A DNA stretch of 63,996 nucleotides, the filler included, from Octopus bimaculoides (lineage: Eukaryota): the NCBI RefSeq assembly GCF_001194135.2. It is 7 parts of 6 records of this genome, joined end to end, with 100 filler letters (N's around TTAATTAATTAA, not from the genome) between each part and the next. Parts side by side here need not be neighbours in the genome. Positions count along the whole stretch, not along the records: positions 61,766 to 63,996 come from NW_026310730.1; 6 more parts are not named here. One strand, written 5' to 3'. The first letter of the stretch is position 1. The number at the start of each line of letters is the position of its first letter. The notes under the pieces were generated by a model. That model was not told where the DNA came from, made no database searches, and worked only from the letters and a program-made list of their open reading frames with translations. Made by a program: the position numbers and the translations under genes. Shown piece by piece: positions 61,970 to 63,996 of this stretch.

Positions 61970-62073
61970 CGAGCAGGTGTGATCCACATCGGCCGAACGA
62001 GCAGGTGTGATCCACATTGGCCGAACGAGCAGGTGTGATCCACATCGGCCGAACGAGCAGGTGTGATTCACAT
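61970..62073. repeat. 28-bp GC-rich tandem repeat, about 3.7 copies
   Basis: Unit CGAGCAGGTGTGATCCACATCGGCCGAA at 61970, 61998, 62026 and partial 62054. One substitution among the full units. Confidence 0.95.
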
Positions 62074-63186
62074 CTCCATAGTTTTACATTTGACATATGT
62101 AGTGAAAATTCAGTCAACGCTTCATATAAGAATTAACCGCAAATTCTGTCAACAAAATAAATTGCGTAAAATGGCCAGCACGTGCTATCACCAAACATCA
62201 GTTGTTTTCGATTTATTTACTATATGTCACTAAAGACAAAGAAACAAATATATATATAATTATTAACTCACGTACTTTGAAGGGATGTGCCTCAAAACCA
62301 AATGGAGCGAGGATTTCGTTAACCGACCGAACAATTTCTTCTGCCTCTTTAACCATGATGATTCTGTACGAGTCGTAACTAATAAACAATTATCTAATAT
62401 CTCAAAGAGAGACAACTGTACGTTAACGATGTTTCGGAGCTTTGTGTGTCTCGCTGCGTACGTCTTACGAGATGCTATATATATATATATATATATATTT
62501 GACACACACACACCCGCATGTATAGCACATAATACTCTGCACACTAATGACTTCTCAGAATTCAAGTAACATACAAAGGCGTGGATTACGTAAATCTGAA
62601 GAAAAATTTTTTTTCTTAGAATTCACATTTCTAAGAAAAGTTGCATGTATATACAGACATAAGTAAGTACATATATAAACACAGACACACATAAANNNNN
62701 NNNNNNNNNNNNNNNNNNNNNNNNNNNNNNNNNNNNNNNNNNNNNNNNNNNNNNNNNNNNNNNNNNNNNNNNNNNNNNNNNNNNNNNNNNNNNNNNNNNN
62801 NNNNNNNNNNNNNNNNNNNNNNNNNNNNNNNNNNNNNNNNNNNNNNNNNNNNNNNNNNNNNNNNNNNNNNNNNNNNNNNNNNNNNNNNNNNNNNNNNNNN
62901 NNNNNNNNNNNNNNNNNNNNNNNNNNNNNNNNNNNNNNNNNNNNNNNGAATAATTCCATAAGTGGCTCGTCTGTTTTCCTATTTGTTCGTTCTGTTGTCT
63001 GTAAACAAAGTCCGTTTTTGTGCTTTATGTTCCCGTTCATTTTTCTGACGTCCTGTACCCGGATATGCATCTATATATACATGTAGATGTAGGTATGTAC
63101 GTGTATATATGTATACATGAATATGCTCATATATCATTTGTATTATTATATATATGTATATATACATAAATGTATATGTAATATGT

Positions 63187-63231
<45 letters not shown>

Positions 63232-63232
<1 letters not shown>

Positions 63233-63996
63233 GTAATGAACTCTTTCCCACTGTTATAAATATAAACAAGCGCGGGCGTAGCAGAGAGCAGCCTACTGTA
63301 TCCATCACATGACTGACTGTTCTTTGCGCGGGTAAATTATCTCCATTTGCCCCCAGGACGCAAATCGACCAACCGTAGCCCCTAATAAGGTCACGTGAGA
63401 GTGTTTCTTCTAATGCTTCTCTGGAGCCTACCTTCAGCTATAAATAGACTAAATTATACCCGCCAAATCGTCGCGCCTCAGATCTTAGATCTGGCCGCTG
63501 ACCACACACGCGTAACACAGCCAGCCAGTTTCCAGCGACGACATCAACAACACCACTTCAACTACGAACTACAAGCATCGCCCCCGACGTCGCCAGCAAT
63601 TACACGACTCTACGTACTACCAGCATTGCCGCCAGCAGCAACACGACTCTACCTACTACCAGCATCGCCGCCAGCGTCAACATGACTCTACACGTACACA
63701 AGCTACCAACCGCTAACAGCAGCACTTCTAATCCTGTTTGTGTGATTTCTTCACCACGAAAAATAACAGCCAGAATTTAGCCTGCGAAGAACATCTGTAT
63801 TCAAGAACTCGGCCCAGCATGGAAGCCCTAACATCACGACGAGTGATCACTCTGCCCCACACGCTTTAACTTCTTATATACAGACACTGTGTACTCTAAC
63901 TGGTATCTTAAATTCTTATCCGTGTTACTGACTCTTTTCTATCCGTTGTATCTCACGCATTCACATACATGTATTACTCGCACACACTCTTTTGTT
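63232..63996 (+). mobile_element. Possible LTR or repeat 5' region, running off the window
   Basis: Begins TGTAATG after a (TA)n tract. GC-richer than its flanks, E-box 63392-63397, TATAAATA 63439-63446, internal 39-bp repeats. No second LTR or PBS visible. Confidence 0.3.
63560..63692. repeat. 39-bp tandem repeat, 2 full copies plus partial ones
   Basis: AACACGACTCTACCTACTACCAGCATCGCCGCCAGCGTC-like units at 63601, 63640 and 63679 (partial). Confidence 0.85.

Noticed and set aside
61970-62073. 28-bp palindromic repeats as a CRISPR array
   Set aside because: Units are directly adjacent with no unique spacers, there are no cas genes, and the context is eukaryotic

Overview
Eukaryotic, AT-rich, microsatellite- and SINE-dense genomic DNA with many N gaps. 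The SINE repertoire looks like that of an octopus (recognised from memory, not from a search). Six 100-bp scaffold joins (44 N + TTAATTAATTAA + 44 N) cut the window into independently assembled blocks. One protein-coding gene is well supported: an 8-exon minus-strand gene at 25678-29216 (448 aa). Every intron is GT-AG and phase-compatible. It encodes the C-terminal module of the 3'-end processing factor PCF11 (zinc finger 1, RNWYL Clp1-binding-like segment, zinc finger 2) but shows no CID domain. It instead has a novel N-terminus with a PY-NLS-like motif and a duplicated exon. The rest is transposon debris: L1/Tx1-like fragments, two R4/Dong-like REL retrotransposons around a trinucleotide tract, a mariner MITE, a Tc1 fragment, at least three SINE families and a possible LTR. 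Five Penelope-type minimal hammerhead-ribozyme relics are present, one at the 3' end of a tRNA-headed SINE. Several isolated micro-exon-like segments are weaker candidates.
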